30,620 bases of DNA from contig JAZDOH010000030.1 in assembly GCA_043798815.1 (NCBI GenBank), positions 1 through 30,620 on the forward strand, in the 5' to 3' direction. Of the stretch, positions 1-8,895 are shown piece by piece (the stretch's first letter is position 1; each line of letters opens with the position of its first letter). A model generated the notes under the pieces. That model was given only the letters and a program-made list of their open reading frames with translations. It had not been told where the DNA came from and ran no database searches. The position numbers were made by a program, and so were the translations under genes. The DNA is from Candidatus Peregrinibacteria bacterium (GTDB lineage Bacteria; Patescibacteriota; Gracilibacteria; UM-FILTER-43-11).

Positions 1-352
1 GTTTAATATTGAGCACGGTTTCGTGTTTAAAGAACGTGAGCACCAGGGTAAGCAATCCGCTCAGGACGAATAAAACGATGTACAGAATAACCACGTTGAA
101 AACAAAATAAGCCGCACCAACGAGGAACGGGCTGGTTAGAAGCGGCTTGAAAATTTCATATTCCGCCAGCCGTGGCAAAACATTTTGGTAAATGGCTTTA
201 TAACCAAATACCGGCAACATGGAAAATAACCCGATTCCGAAGATTTGAACCATCACGCGCAATGGCAGAGGGCGATAATCATGCCTGTAAAAAAAATATC
301 CCCACCCGAAGGTTGCGAGCACGAGCCCAACAGCGTAAAATGCAGTTTGCAT
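1..352 (-). CDS. Membrane protein, probably PrsW-family intramembrane protease (N-terminal part; runs off the window)
   Basis: Not in the ORF track. I translated it from ATG at 352: MQTAFYAVGLVLATFGWGYFFYRHDYRPLPLRVMVQIFGIGLFSMLP... It is open to position 1 with several hydrophobic helices. The W-x-YFFY-x-x-D...P...F-x-x-G start resembles PrsW N-termini, but the catalytic motif lies outside the window. Confidence 0.55.
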   Translation of the reverse strand, partial: MQTAFYAVGLVLATFGWGYFFYRHDYRPLPLRVMVQIFGIGLFSMLPVFGYKAIYQNVLPRLAEYEIFKPLLTSPFLVGAAYFVFNVVILYIVLFVLSGLLTLVLTFFKHETVLNIK

Positions 353-428
353 TTTTGAGATTTTTTGATGTTCAGCTAACAGATAATTATAGCACATATT
401 CGCTAAATTAACAAGTCCCACACTCAGA

Positions 429-1688
429 ATGAACACCCATCGTTTTCTCGTCACCGGCCGGCAGAAACTTGAGGGGCAAGTGCGCGTGAGCGGTTCCAAA
501 AACGCGGCTTTGCCGATTTTGGCGGCGGCTCTCCTTACATCAGAGCCTGTTACTCTCACCAATGTGCCGGATATCGCGGACATAGCGACCATGGAACATA
601 TCCTCCATTTTTTGAATGTTAAAACCGATCGGGAAGGAGATCGCCTTACGGTGCACGCCCAAACGGTGTCGAATGTGAAAATCGAACATGAGTTGGTCAG
701 CAAGCTTCGCGCTTCCGTTCTCTTGTTGGCTCCTCTGCTCGTCCGCAATGGAGAAGTAAAACTGGCGTATCCTGGCGGATGTGTCATCGGCAAGCGGCCG
801 GTGGACGCGCATTTATTCGCCCTTGAAGCGCTGGGAGCCAAAGACCTTGATGGCTCTGATTTATTACATTTGAAAACGGACTCATTGGTTGGTGCGGATT
901 TTACGATGACGGAGGCGAGCGTGACTGCCACCGAAAACGCGGTGATGGCCGCGGCACTAGTCAAAGGCATTACCACCATTCGCTTTGCCGCCGCGGAACC
1001 TCATGTGCAGGATTTGTGTCATTTTTTGGTTTCGATGGGCGCCAAAATCAACGGGATTGGCACGCACACGCTCGTCATCGAAGGGGTAAAAAAATTGCAT
1101 GGCACCACCTATCGCATCACTCCCGATTACCTGGAAGCCGGGACTTTGGTGTTGGCCGCGGCCATTACGGGCGGCACGGTGGATGTGCTGGACGTGAATC
1201 CTCATCATCTCGACATCTTTTGGCAAAAGCTTCGCGAAGTAGGCGTGCATTTTGAGCTGGGACAAGACATGGTTCGCGTTCTTCCTTCGCATCACCTCAA
1301 ACCCGTTCGCCTGCAAACCGCGGTGTTTCCCAGTTTCCCCACCGACTTGCAAGCTCCTTTTGCCACCCTGCTCACCCAAGCCGAGGGAACGAGTTTTGTT
1401 TTTGAAACGCTGTTCGACGGCCGTCTGCAATATCTGTATGAATTGGAGAAAATGGGCGCCAAGTTCAAAGTGCTGAATCCTTACCAGGCGGAAGTGATGG
1501 GTCCGGTGCCTCTCAAGGGCGCTTCGGTTACCAGTTGTGACATTCGCGCCGGAGCCGCTATTTTACTCGCCGCTTTGGCCGCGGAAGGCGATACGGAAAT
1601 TTCAAACATCTACTACATCGATCGCGGTTACGAACGATTCGACGAAAAACTACGAAGTTTGGGGGCGAAGATCAAGCGGATCCGGTAA
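429..1688 (+). CDS. murA: UDP-N-acetylglucosamine 1-carboxyvinyltransferase
   Basis: Motifs SGSKNAALP, KLRAS, PGGCVIGKRPVD (active-site Cys present), FPTDLQ, DIRAGAA and IDRGYE. Confidence 0.98.
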   Translation: MNTHRFLVTGRQKLEGQVRVSGSKNAALPILAAALLTSEPVTLTNVPDIADIATMEHILHFLNVKTDREGDRLTVHAQTVSNVKIEHELVSKLRASVLLLAPLLVRNGEVKLAYPGGCVIGKRPVDAHLFALEALGAKDLDGSDLLHLKTDSLVGADFTMTEASVTATENAVMAAALVKGITTIRFAAAEPHVQDLCHFLVSMGAKINGIGTHTLVIEGVKKLHGTTYRITPDYLEAGTLVLAAAITGGTVDVLDVNPHHLDIFWQKLREVGVHFELGQDMVRVLPSHHLKPVRLQTAVFPSFPTDLQAPFATLLTQAEGTSFVFETLFDGRLQYLYELEKMGAKFKVLNPYQAEVMGPVPLKGASVTSCDIRAGAAILLAALAAEGDTEISNIYYIDRGYERFDEKLRSLGAKIKRIR

Positions 1689-1719
1689 GTCAAAAGCGCT
1701 TTCAAAAAGATCGTTTTTT

Positions 1720-1728
1720 TGGTATAAT
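1720..1728 (+). promoter_or_regulatory. Extended -10 promoter (TGGTATAAT)
   Basis: Consensus TGnTATAAT 20 nt upstream of the ATG at 1749. Confidence 0.55.
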
Positions 1729-1748
1729 ATATAGATTAATCAAAAGAA

Positions 1749-2873
1749 ATGCTTTTTTATTGTCGATTTTCGTTTTCCTCCGGCTTTCAGCCCCAGCGGT
1801 TGACGCGTATCGAAGAAGCGCTACCCGCTCCCGATACCCAAACGGTTGAGGCACGCTTAAAAACCGTCCAAGAAGACGTCACTCGATCCATTCCCCGGCG
1901 CGCTCAAATCACTCGCAACCATTTGGAAGAAAATGGGCTTCAGCCTCTCGATGTGGGGCTGGGCTCCGTTGATGTCAACGATAATGATGCCATGGTAAAG
2001 GCAGTTCTTGAATTGCAGATACAGCTATTTCCAAATGATCCCACAGAACAAGATGGCATGTTCGGTCAGCGAACCTACTTAAAGTACAAAGAAAAATTAG
2101 AATCATTGTCAACGGATGCCGTCAGGGCCAAACTTCAAAATTTAAGGATTAAAATTGATCAAGGTCGAGAAGCGCTTCGCAAATGGGACGGCGATATGGT
2201 GGTGCATGAAGTTAAAGAAGATAATGCAGACATTGTTAAATGTGGCATTACAGCGGACGTCATTCAAGCGGCGCAAAACGACTGCAAAAAACCATCTTCC
2301 ATCGATGATCTTGCAGCCAAGGAAAACTTTAATAAAGTGGTGCAATACGCGGCCAAAGTTACCGATGTACCCCCCGCCCTTATTACGGCTATCACTTGGG
2401 CGGAAACCGGTGGCACTTTTTCTCAGAAAGGCTTTGGCGCTTATCAAGAATTGGGCATGGGGCATTTCCTCAAGCGCTATTGGCGTGAGTATACGTCTGA
2501 CAAGCGGTTTGTGGATGCCATGAAAAATGTCACTACCATGGATGATACACAAATCAGAAATATTGGCAGGGCGCGAAGCATCGTGGCAGATCTAGTGGCC
2601 ATTGGCATTAAACTCAAGGAGACTGTCACAAGGTTGAATATTGATTTTGACTATTCTACCGACGTGAGTGCGATGAGCAATGAAGATTTAATGAAAATTC
2701 GTTTCCACTACTATGCGCCGGGCTATGCCTACGCGCTTTGGGTAAACAATACGCATGGCGAGAATTATCTTACCGCCGCCCAGCATTCTTATGATGGGGT
2801 CAAAGGCAATTTACAAACTCGTTTTGCCGATAAAGCCAAACAAGCTTACGAAAAATTGAAGCCAATTCAGTAA
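1749..2873 (+). CDS. Putative lytic transglycosylase/lysozyme-fold protein with a peptidoglycan-binding-like motif
   Basis: QDGMFGQRTY resembles the DGxFGxxT peptidoglycan-binding motif. VPPALITAITWAETGG resembles SLT motif I with the catalytic Glu. GMGHFLKRYW resembles SLT motif II. Confidence 0.5.
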   Translation: MLFYCRFSFSSGFQPQRLTRIEEALPAPDTQTVEARLKTVQEDVTRSIPRRAQITRNHLEENGLQPLDVGLGSVDVNDNDAMVKAVLELQIQLFPNDPTEQDGMFGQRTYLKYKEKLESLSTDAVRAKLQNLRIKIDQGREALRKWDGDMVVHEVKEDNADIVKCGITADVIQAAQNDCKKPSSIDDLAAKENFNKVVQYAAKVTDVPPALITAITWAETGGTFSQKGFGAYQELGMGHFLKRYWREYTSDKRFVDAMKNVTTMDDTQIRNIGRARSIVADLVAIGIKLKETVTRLNIDFDYSTDVSAMSNEDLMKIRFHYYAPGYAYALWVNNTHGENYLTAAQHSYDGVKGNLQTRFADKAKQAYEKLKPIQ

Positions 2874-2928
2874 ACTCATTTGAGCCCAGCGCCAGGTTTT
2901 GTTAGACTGCTTGCGATAGTTGTTTTTT

Positions 2929-3975
2929 ATGCAAGACAAAATTCATCAACTCAAGGCGCAAATGCTGCAAGCTCTCCACGCGGCTCCTGCGGAACCGCAG
3001 GTGCGTGAGGTGGAAGTCCGCTATCTTGGCCGCAAGGGGTCGTTCAATGAAATCATGAAAGGGCTGGTAGGGTTGAGTGATGAAGAAAAACGCACGGTGG
3101 GAAAGCTGGCGAATGAAATCAAACTCGAACTGGAACAATCGGTTCTTCGCCGGTTGGAGCAACTGGAAGGGGAGCGCATGGGCAAATTGGCGGAATTGGA
3201 ATGGATCGACGTCACTGTTCCCGGCAAAAAGCCGGTGATAGGGCATCGGCATCCTATTTCCAAATTCATCGATGAGATCGAAACGGTTTTTGGGAAAATG
3301 GGATTCGCGGTGGCCGAGGGACCCGAGGTGGAACAGGAGCATTACAACTTCAATCAACTCAATATCCCTGCCGACCACCCCGCGCGTGACACACAGGACA
3401 CTTTTTGGATTAAGAATCTTGATAAATATCTCCTGCGCACACAAACTTCCCCCGTGCAGATCCGCTACATGGAATCCCATAAACCTCCGATTCGCATCAT
3501 CGCACCGGGCAAAACGTTTCGCAAAGACAGCGACGCCACTCATTCGCCCATGTTCCACCAAGTCGAGGGGTTGATGATCGATGAAAACGTCAGCATGGCC
3601 AACCTGAAGGCCGTCATCACGCACGCGTTGCAGCAGATCTTTGAAGATCCTTCCATCAAAACCCGTTTCCGTATCAGCTTTTTTCCGTTCGTGGAACCAG
3701 GTATGGAAGTCGACTGCACTTGTCCCATTTGCCATGGCAACGGCCGCCTGCCCGATTCCACTCCCTGCCGCCTCTGCAAACAATGCGGGTGGCTCGAAAT
3801 CGCCGGCTGCGGCATGGTGCATCCGCAAGTGCTCAAAAACGTTGGCTATAATCCCGAAAAATACACCGGTTTTGCCTTTGGCATGGGTCTGGATCGCATG
3901 GTCATGATCAAATACCGCATCCCTCATCTTCGTCTGTTTTTTGAAAATGATTTGCGGTTTTTAAGGCAGTTTTAA
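2929..3975 (+). CDS. pheS: Phenylalanine-tRNA ligase alpha subunit
   Basis: Motifs GHRHP, HPARDTQDTF, LLRTQTSPVQIR, DATHSPMFHQVEG, FFPFVEPG and GFAFGMGLDR. The ATG at 2929 is preferred over the ORF-track TTG at 2920. Confidence 0.98.
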   Translation: MQDKIHQLKAQMLQALHAAPAEPQVREVEVRYLGRKGSFNEIMKGLVGLSDEEKRTVGKLANEIKLELEQSVLRRLEQLEGERMGKLAELEWIDVTVPGKKPVIGHRHPISKFIDEIETVFGKMGFAVAEGPEVEQEHYNFNQLNIPADHPARDTQDTFWIKNLDKYLLRTQTSPVQIRYMESHKPPIRIIAPGKTFRKDSDATHSPMFHQVEGLMIDENVSMANLKAVITHALQQIFEDPSIKTRFRISFFPFVEPGMEVDCTCPICHGNGRLPDSTPCRLCKQCGWLEIAGCGMVHPQVLKNVGYNPEKYTGFAFGMGLDRMVMIKYRIPHLRLFFENDLRFLRQF

Positions 3976-4033
3976 ATAGCTATTGCCAAAAAAGGCAAAA
4001 TTTGGTTAAATGACTTCCCTTAATCATTTTTTT

Positions 4034-4576
4034 ATGTACAGAGATTCTAGAGACTCCCTAAATATTGAACTGCCAACAACTCCTGATGGTACATCTATCC
4101 ATCCAATCAATTCACGATTTGTTTATCGATTACCGCGAGATTTAATTGATTTAGCTGAAGTAGTAGATGGGATGCGAGTTTTAACAAGGAGCGTTATTGA
4201 AAGATTCGGATTATGTGTCGTACAGGAGAGAGAAGCAACTGATTTGGCTACATTTACGCGAAACAACGTTAGATACATAATATATTTTCAAGGTTTGCAG
4301 TGCGCTAAACGTGGAGTACAGTTTGTAAATCTGGTAAATTTATCTTTGAAAGAAGAAGAAGAAGAAGGCGCAAAATTTGTTGGTATGGAAGCAAATGGAG
4401 ATGCAAGATACGAATATCCAGGGGTCGTAGGTGGTTCATCCATTCCATTAACACAAGTTCAGATTCAGCCATTTCTTCATGATGGTAAACCAACACCAGA
4501 GTCCGCCTTTATTCAACCTTGTTATTTCACGATTTCGGATGTCAGCACTCCAGCCGCACCTCCAGCGCAAAGATAA
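4034..4576 (+). CDS. Hypothetical protein (AT-rich ORFan)
   Basis: Single long ORF filling the gap, with A/T-ending codons unlike its neighbours. The ATG at 4010 overlaps a -10-like box (TTGCCA 3983-3988, 17 nt, TTAAAT 4006-4011), so the T-tract-preceded ATG at 4034 is preferred. Confidence 0.65.
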   Translation: MYRDSRDSLNIELPTTPDGTSIHPINSRFVYRLPRDLIDLAEVVDGMRVLTRSVIERFGLCVVQEREATDLATFTRNNVRYIIYFQGLQCAKRGVQFVNLVNLSLKEEEEEGAKFVGMEANGDARYEYPGVVGGSSIPLTQVQIQPFLHDGKPTPESAFIQPCYFTISDVSTPAAPPAQR

Positions 4577-4660
4577 TATGCCAAGATCTCTATGCCTTAT
4601 TTAATTGAAATTGGTCGTGCAATATGATCTTTTGGTATAGTGGTAGGGTAGCTTGTAGTT

Positions 4661-5263
4661 ATGAAGAATCTCTATACCATTTTAGAGCTGAAACCCGGTG
4701 TGTCGCCTGAGGATATCAAGCGGGCTTATTATTTACGAGCCAAGCAGTATCATCCGGATTCCGGAAATAAGGCGGAATTGAAAAAGTTTTATGAGGTCAC
4801 GGAGGCGTACCAAATTCTCTCCGATGTTGCCCGGCGTGCCGCGTATGATGAGACACTGAAAACCGGAAAACTTGAAAAAACACTGTTGAATCAAGAACCC
4901 CTGGAAACTCCCCTGGAATACAGCCGCCCGACTCATGGACAGGATTTTGCCTATCGTCATGAGGAAATGACCCATTTCCGTTCGCGCTTGCTGTGGATGG
5001 CCTTTTTTAAAGTGCTCATCACAATCATCGTGTCCGGCGTGATTGGCAGCACGTTCGCGATTTTATTCGAAAGCTCGCGATTTCTGGGAAGTTTTGCCGG
5101 CGCCGCGTTCGGATTGATTTGGGCGGTTCATCATCATTTTGACGTCGCTTCTTTCATTCCCTCAGCTGCTCATTACCGGCTGGCCCGGTGGGGCGGGATT
5201 TTGGTGATGATTTTGAGCGCGGGATATTTTGCCGCCTTATTTTTAAAAAGTTTGTTGGCTTAG
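4661..5263 (+). CDS. J-domain (DnaJ-like) protein with C-terminal membrane helices
   Basis: N-terminal LYTILEL...IKRAYY...YHPD...EVTEAYQILSD...R..YD, followed by three hydrophobic segments. Confidence 0.9.
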   Translation: MKNLYTILELKPGVSPEDIKRAYYLRAKQYHPDSGNKAELKKFYEVTEAYQILSDVARRAAYDETLKTGKLEKTLLNQEPLETPLEYSRPTHGQDFAYRHEEMTHFRSRLLWMAFFKVLITIIVSGVIGSTFAILFESSRFLGSFAGAAFGLIWAVHHHFDVASFIPSAAHYRLARWGGILVMILSAGYFAALFLKSLLA

Positions 5264-5290
5264 CGTAATGGGGAGTGATATAAATAGATC

Positions 5291-5752
5291 ATGAAAACAA
5301 TTTTTATAGGAACCGATCACGCAGGCTTTGATCACAAAGAAGCCATTAAAAAGTCTCTTTTAGACGCCGGTTACACGGTGGAAGACAAGGGCGCTTTTAA
5401 AAACGACGCAGAGGATGATTATCCTGATTTTATTTATCCCGTGGCCAAGGCGGTGTCTGAAGATTTGGAAAACCGTGTTGGGATCGTTCTCGGCGGTTCC
5501 GGCCAGGGGGAAGCAATGGTGGCCAACAAGGTCAAAGGCATCCGCGCCGCTATCGGATTTAGTGAATGGGCCGTACGAATGTCTCGCGAACACAATGACG
5601 CCAATGTGCTCTCTTTGGGGGCCCGTGTGGTCAGCCCCATAGAAGCGGTTCGTTTTGTCCACTTGTGGCTCAATACCCCTTTTGAGGGGAAGAATCGTCA
5701 TCAGCGCCGGATCGATAAAATCAAAAACATCGAAAACAAAGTTTTTCAATAA
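5291..5752 (+). CDS. rpiB: Ribose-5-phosphate isomerase B
   Basis: Motifs GTDHAGF, DDYPD, GGSGQGEAMVANKVKGIRAA, SREHNDANVL and RHQRRIDKI. Confidence 0.95.
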   Translation: MKTIFIGTDHAGFDHKEAIKKSLLDAGYTVEDKGAFKNDAEDDYPDFIYPVAKAVSEDLENRVGIVLGGSGQGEAMVANKVKGIRAAIGFSEWAVRMSREHNDANVLSLGARVVSPIEAVRFVHLWLNTPFEGKNRHQRRIDKIKNIENKVFQ

Positions 5753-6384
5753 TGCCCAAACTCAAAATCACCCCTTCGATCCTCGGCGTTGATTACGGTC
5801 GGATGAACGAGCACCTAAAAGAACTCGAATCTTTTTCCGACTGGTTCCATGTGGACGTGATGGACGGTAATTTTGTGAACAATCTCACGGTTGGGGCTCC
5901 GGTAGTCGCGCGGATCAAAACCAAAGTGCCGCTGGACTGCCACCTGATGATCAACAATCCCGGCAAATACCTCGAAGACTTCGCGAAAGCGGGCGCCTAC
6001 TCCATCACCATCCAGGCAGAGGCGAGCGGGAAGCATTTGAGCAATGACATCGACAAAATCCACGCTCTCGGCTGCCGGGCGGCCGTGGCGCTGAATCCCA
6101 ATACTCCCATCGACAAAATTTCCCACGTTCTGCAAAAACTCGACATGGTGCTCGTCATGTCCGTTTTCCCCGGCTTCGGCGGCCAGGAATTTATTACGGA
6201 CGTCCTTACAAAAGTCCGTTGGCTCCGGGAGCACTTCCCCGATCTCGACATCCAAGTCGACGGCGGCATTAATGACAAAACTGCACCATTGGCCATAAAA
6301 GCCGGAGCTAATGTGCTCGTGGCTGGGTCCTATATATTAAAAAATAAAAATCCTAAAGCAGCTGCGGAACGGCTTCGTGGGTAG
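5752..6384 (+). CDS. rpe: Ribulose-phosphate 3-epimerase
   Basis: Motifs PSIL, HVDVMDGNFV, DCHLM, VMSVFPGFGGQ, QVDGGIN and LVAGS. It overlaps rpiB through TAATG. Confidence 0.97.
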   Translation: MPKLKITPSILGVDYGRMNEHLKELESFSDWFHVDVMDGNFVNNLTVGAPVVARIKTKVPLDCHLMINNPGKYLEDFAKAGAYSITIQAEASGKHLSNDIDKIHALGCRAAVALNPNTPIDKISHVLQKLDMVLVMSVFPGFGGQEFITDVLTKVRWLREHFPDLDIQVDGGINDKTAPLAIKAGANVLVAGSYILKNKNPKAAAERLRG

Positions 6385-6400
6385 CAGCAAGAAAAATCAG

Positions 6401-6820
6401 TTATTTGCGGCGCTTTTTTGGCGCACTTCTTTTCGTTTTTTCTTTAATTATCCAGAATCTCTTTTTTACCTTGATCATCAAATCTCCCCCTTGAACGGGT
6501 TTGCGCCCACTATCAATTTCTATTTTTGTAATGCCCTCTTCCTCTATCCTTTCGGCTGAACGAATATCTACAGAAACCTCCTTTTTACTAAAATCGCTAC
6601 CTGTGCTATAGGGAATAACTACATATCTTGCACCTTCTTTTCTTAATTGTGCTGGAGTAAAAACGTTTCCAACTTTCTTTCTTACTTCCAACGCAAAGCC
6701 TTTAGCATCCAATGTTTCAGCATTACAAATTCCTTCTTCATCATAAAATTCACCAGGTAAGTCATCAATTTCCGGAGTTACCCTGAATTGGTCTTCGCCA
6801 ATTTCAATAAAATGTTCCAT
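6401..6820 (-). CDS. Hypothetical protein (AT-rich ORFan; acidic N-terminus, basic C-terminal tail)
   Basis: A 139-aa ORF fills the gap between rpe and the MFS gene. I recognise no motif. Confidence 0.6.
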   Translation of the reverse strand: MEHFIEIGEDQFRVTPEIDDLPGEFYDEEGICNAETLDAKGFALEVRKKVGNVFTPAQLRKEGARYVVIPYSTGSDFSKKEVSVDIRSAERIEEEGITKIEIDSGRKPVQGGDLMIKVKKRFWIIKEKTKRSAPKKRRK

Positions 6821-6858
6821 TAAAATTACTTAAAGGGGTTCATGGTAGTACAGAAAGT

Positions 6859-8019
6859 TTAACGCAACAAGTGATCACTCCGTTTTAAGTTCAGCCAGCC
6901 GAGTATCATAAGGGCACCTAAGGTGATGGAGACCCATAGATATTCCGGAGGTAAAAAGTAAAAGGCGATGACAAGAATGGCGGTGCAGATTCCACGGGCG
7001 ATGGTTAGGTGCACTTCGCGGTTCAGGTGAAAATAAATGGGGTGGATTTTGTTGCTGTAGCCGAATAAATACGAATCAATCACGGTGCCGTGCATGGAGC
7101 CAACGAAGCGGTTAAAAATGTCCACCACCCACACGTAGGCCGTTATGGGGAAAAAATAAACCGAGGCGTACAGCAATCTCCCCACCACGTTAAGCGGTGT
7201 GGTTAAGTTGAGCAGAGGGATCCGTTTTTTCAGATCGAAAAAATGTCCGGTGAGTCGCGTGAGGATGGCGGCGATGAATGTGGAAAATCCTATCAGAATC
7301 CCCAAATCTTTTATGTTTCCCAAAAAAATACCGAAGACCAGCACCCAGGGCCAGTTGATGAGGCATCCGGAAAAGCCCTCCCACAAGTATGTAGAGCGGA
7401 TCGCTTTGAGCGCTGGTTTTTGCAGAATGGAATAGATGGTCTTGAAAGAATAATGTTCCGTATGCGGCGGCGCGTTGAATAACAACACAGGAATCAAACT
7501 GCAAAATATTCCGATTCCCCCGAGCCAAAAAGCCGCATTAAAAGAAACCCAGTAACTCAGCGCCCCTCCCGCAACGGGGCCGATGAAACTGGCGACCATG
7601 TTGATGATCGCGAGCCAGCTGATTTGTTTGCCGATTTTCAAATGATCCGCATTCACTGAAAAAAACCAATGTCGTACCATCCAGTAAAAACTCAGATACA
7701 AAGAGAAGGCCAGCAAAGTGGTAAAAATTAGCCAGGGTTTTTCCGACGTGATGCTTCCCATGAGCATCGAAGCCACGACGTAAAACACGACCCCCAACGC
7801 CATAAAATATTTGGGCTTTTCCCATTTCATCGCCAGGTTGAAAAGAGGGATGAATAGCAGGCCGTAAATGAGGTTCCAGGAAAAAGTCCACGCAAAAACC
7901 ATGCTGATCGAATGGAACGTTTTATAAAGGAACAGCGGAAACGTGATGCTATAAATGCTGTCGGTAAAAGTAAAGAAGGCCTGGTGGATGTAGAAAAGTC
8001 TCAGGTTTCGCGATTTCAT
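6859..8019 (-). CDS. MFS-type transporter
   Basis: 386 aa with about 12 hydrophobic helices in two halves, and a GPVAGG motif in the helix 5 region. Confidence 0.75.
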   Translation of the reverse strand: MKSRNLRLFYIHQAFFTFTDSIYSITFPLFLYKTFHSISMVFAWTFSWNLIYGLLFIPLFNLAMKWEKPKYFMALGVVFYVVASMLMGSITSEKPWLIFTTLLAFSLYLSFYWMVRHWFFSVNADHLKIGKQISWLAIINMVASFIGPVAGGALSYWVSFNAAFWLGGIGIFCSLIPVLLFNAPPHTEHYSFKTIYSILQKPALKAIRSTYLWEGFSGCLINWPWVLVFGIFLGNIKDLGILIGFSTFIAAILTRLTGHFFDLKKRIPLLNLTTPLNVVGRLLYASVYFFPITAYVWVVDIFNRFVGSMHGTVIDSYLFGYSNKIHPIYFHLNREVHLTIARGICTAILVIAFYFLPPEYLWVSITLGALMILGWLNLKRSDHLLR

Positions 8020-8030
8020 GATCTTTTTTA

Positions 8031-8073
8031 TGGTGCGCCCGGCCCCGCCTTGGCGGGACGGCCTTGTGGACCG
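8031..8073 (-). repeat. Degenerate tandem copy of the 3' half of tRNA-Arg
   Basis: 8031-8043 is identical to 8092-8104 (TGGTGCGCCCGGC), and 8059-8073 (CGGCCTTGTGGACCG) matches the tRNA anticodon-stem/variable region. The T-arm between them is replaced by CCCGCCTTGGCGGGA. Confidence 0.9.
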
Positions 8074-8091
8074 GACTTATGACATTATTTC

Positions 8092-8168
8092 TGGTGCGCC
8101 CGGCAGGAATTGAACCTGCGGCCTTGTGGACCGCAACCACACGCTCTAATCCACTGAGCTACGGGCGC
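8092..8168 (-). tRNA. tRNA-Arg, anticodon GCG, with encoded CCA
   Basis: The cloverleaf folds by hand: acceptor GCGCCCG/CGGGCGC, D-arm GCTC/GAGC with A20, anticodon arm TGTGG-TTGCGGT-CCACA, T-arm GCAGG-TTCAATT-CCTGC, then ACCA. Length is 77 nt. Confidence 0.97.
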
Positions 8169-8243
8169 ATAAAGCTTCGTCATATTATTAAAAAGCAGCT
8201 CCAGTAGCAAGGTCTTTCGATTTTCTATACAATAAAAGCACTT

Positions 8244-8891
8244 ATGATTCGTTTCCAGAACATCAGCAAGCGGTTTGGACGGCACGCGGTGCTGGATAAA
8301 GTGAATTTTGAAATTCGCCCGCAGGAATTCGTGGTGCTCACAGGGCCGTCAGGATCCGGCAAGTCCACGGTGGTGGCGTTGCTCATCGGCGCGGAAAAGC
8401 CGGACATGGGTTATGTGGAAGTGGACAACCTGATCGTGAACGACATGGATTCGGACACGCTCCAGCTGTATCGCCGCAAAGTGGGCGTCGCGTTTCAGGA
8501 TTATAAACTTTTACCGCGCAAAACCGTGTTTGAAAACGTGGCCTTTGCTATGGAGGCGTGCGACTCGGGTGATGAAGCGATCCATCGGCGAGTGCCGGAG
8601 GTATTGGAGAAGGTGGGATTATTGAAGGCGCAGGATCAATTCCCCGAAGAACTCTCCGGCGGAGAAAAACAACGTTTGGCCATTGCGCGGGCGCTGGTGC
8701 ATTTTCCTCGCCTGCTCATCGCGGATGAGCCCACAGGCAATTTGGATGAAACCAACGCGCGCGGGATTCTTCAATTATTCAAAAAACTTCACGAAGAAGG
8801 CGTTACTATTCTCATCACCACGCATGATCCGCTGGTGCAAAAGATGGCGGGCGGGCGTGTATTAACCCTTTCTGAAGGACACATACAATAA
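8244..8891 (+). CDS. ftsE: Cell division ATP-binding protein FtsE (ABC ATPase)
   Basis: Walker [10 protein letters not shown], FtsE-typical [30 protein letters not shown] and [10 protein letters not shown]. Confidence 0.85.
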   Translation: MIRFQNISKRFGRHAVLDKVNFEIRPQEFVVLTGPSGSGKSTVVALLIGAEKPDMGYVEVDNLIVNDMDSDTLQLYRRKVGVAFQDYKLLPRKTVFENVAFAMEACDSGDEAIHRRVPEVLEKVGLLKAQDQFPEELSGGEKQRLAIARALVHFPRLLIADEPTGNLDETNARGILQLFKKLHEEGVTILITTHDPLVQKMAGGRVLTLSEGHIQ

Positions 8892-8895
8892 TTTT

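Noticed and set aside
3712-3795. Zn-finger-like CxxC...CxxC insertion in PheS
   Set aside because: This motif is a known feature of PheS in many lineages such as Firmicutes. Only a short extension is unusual.
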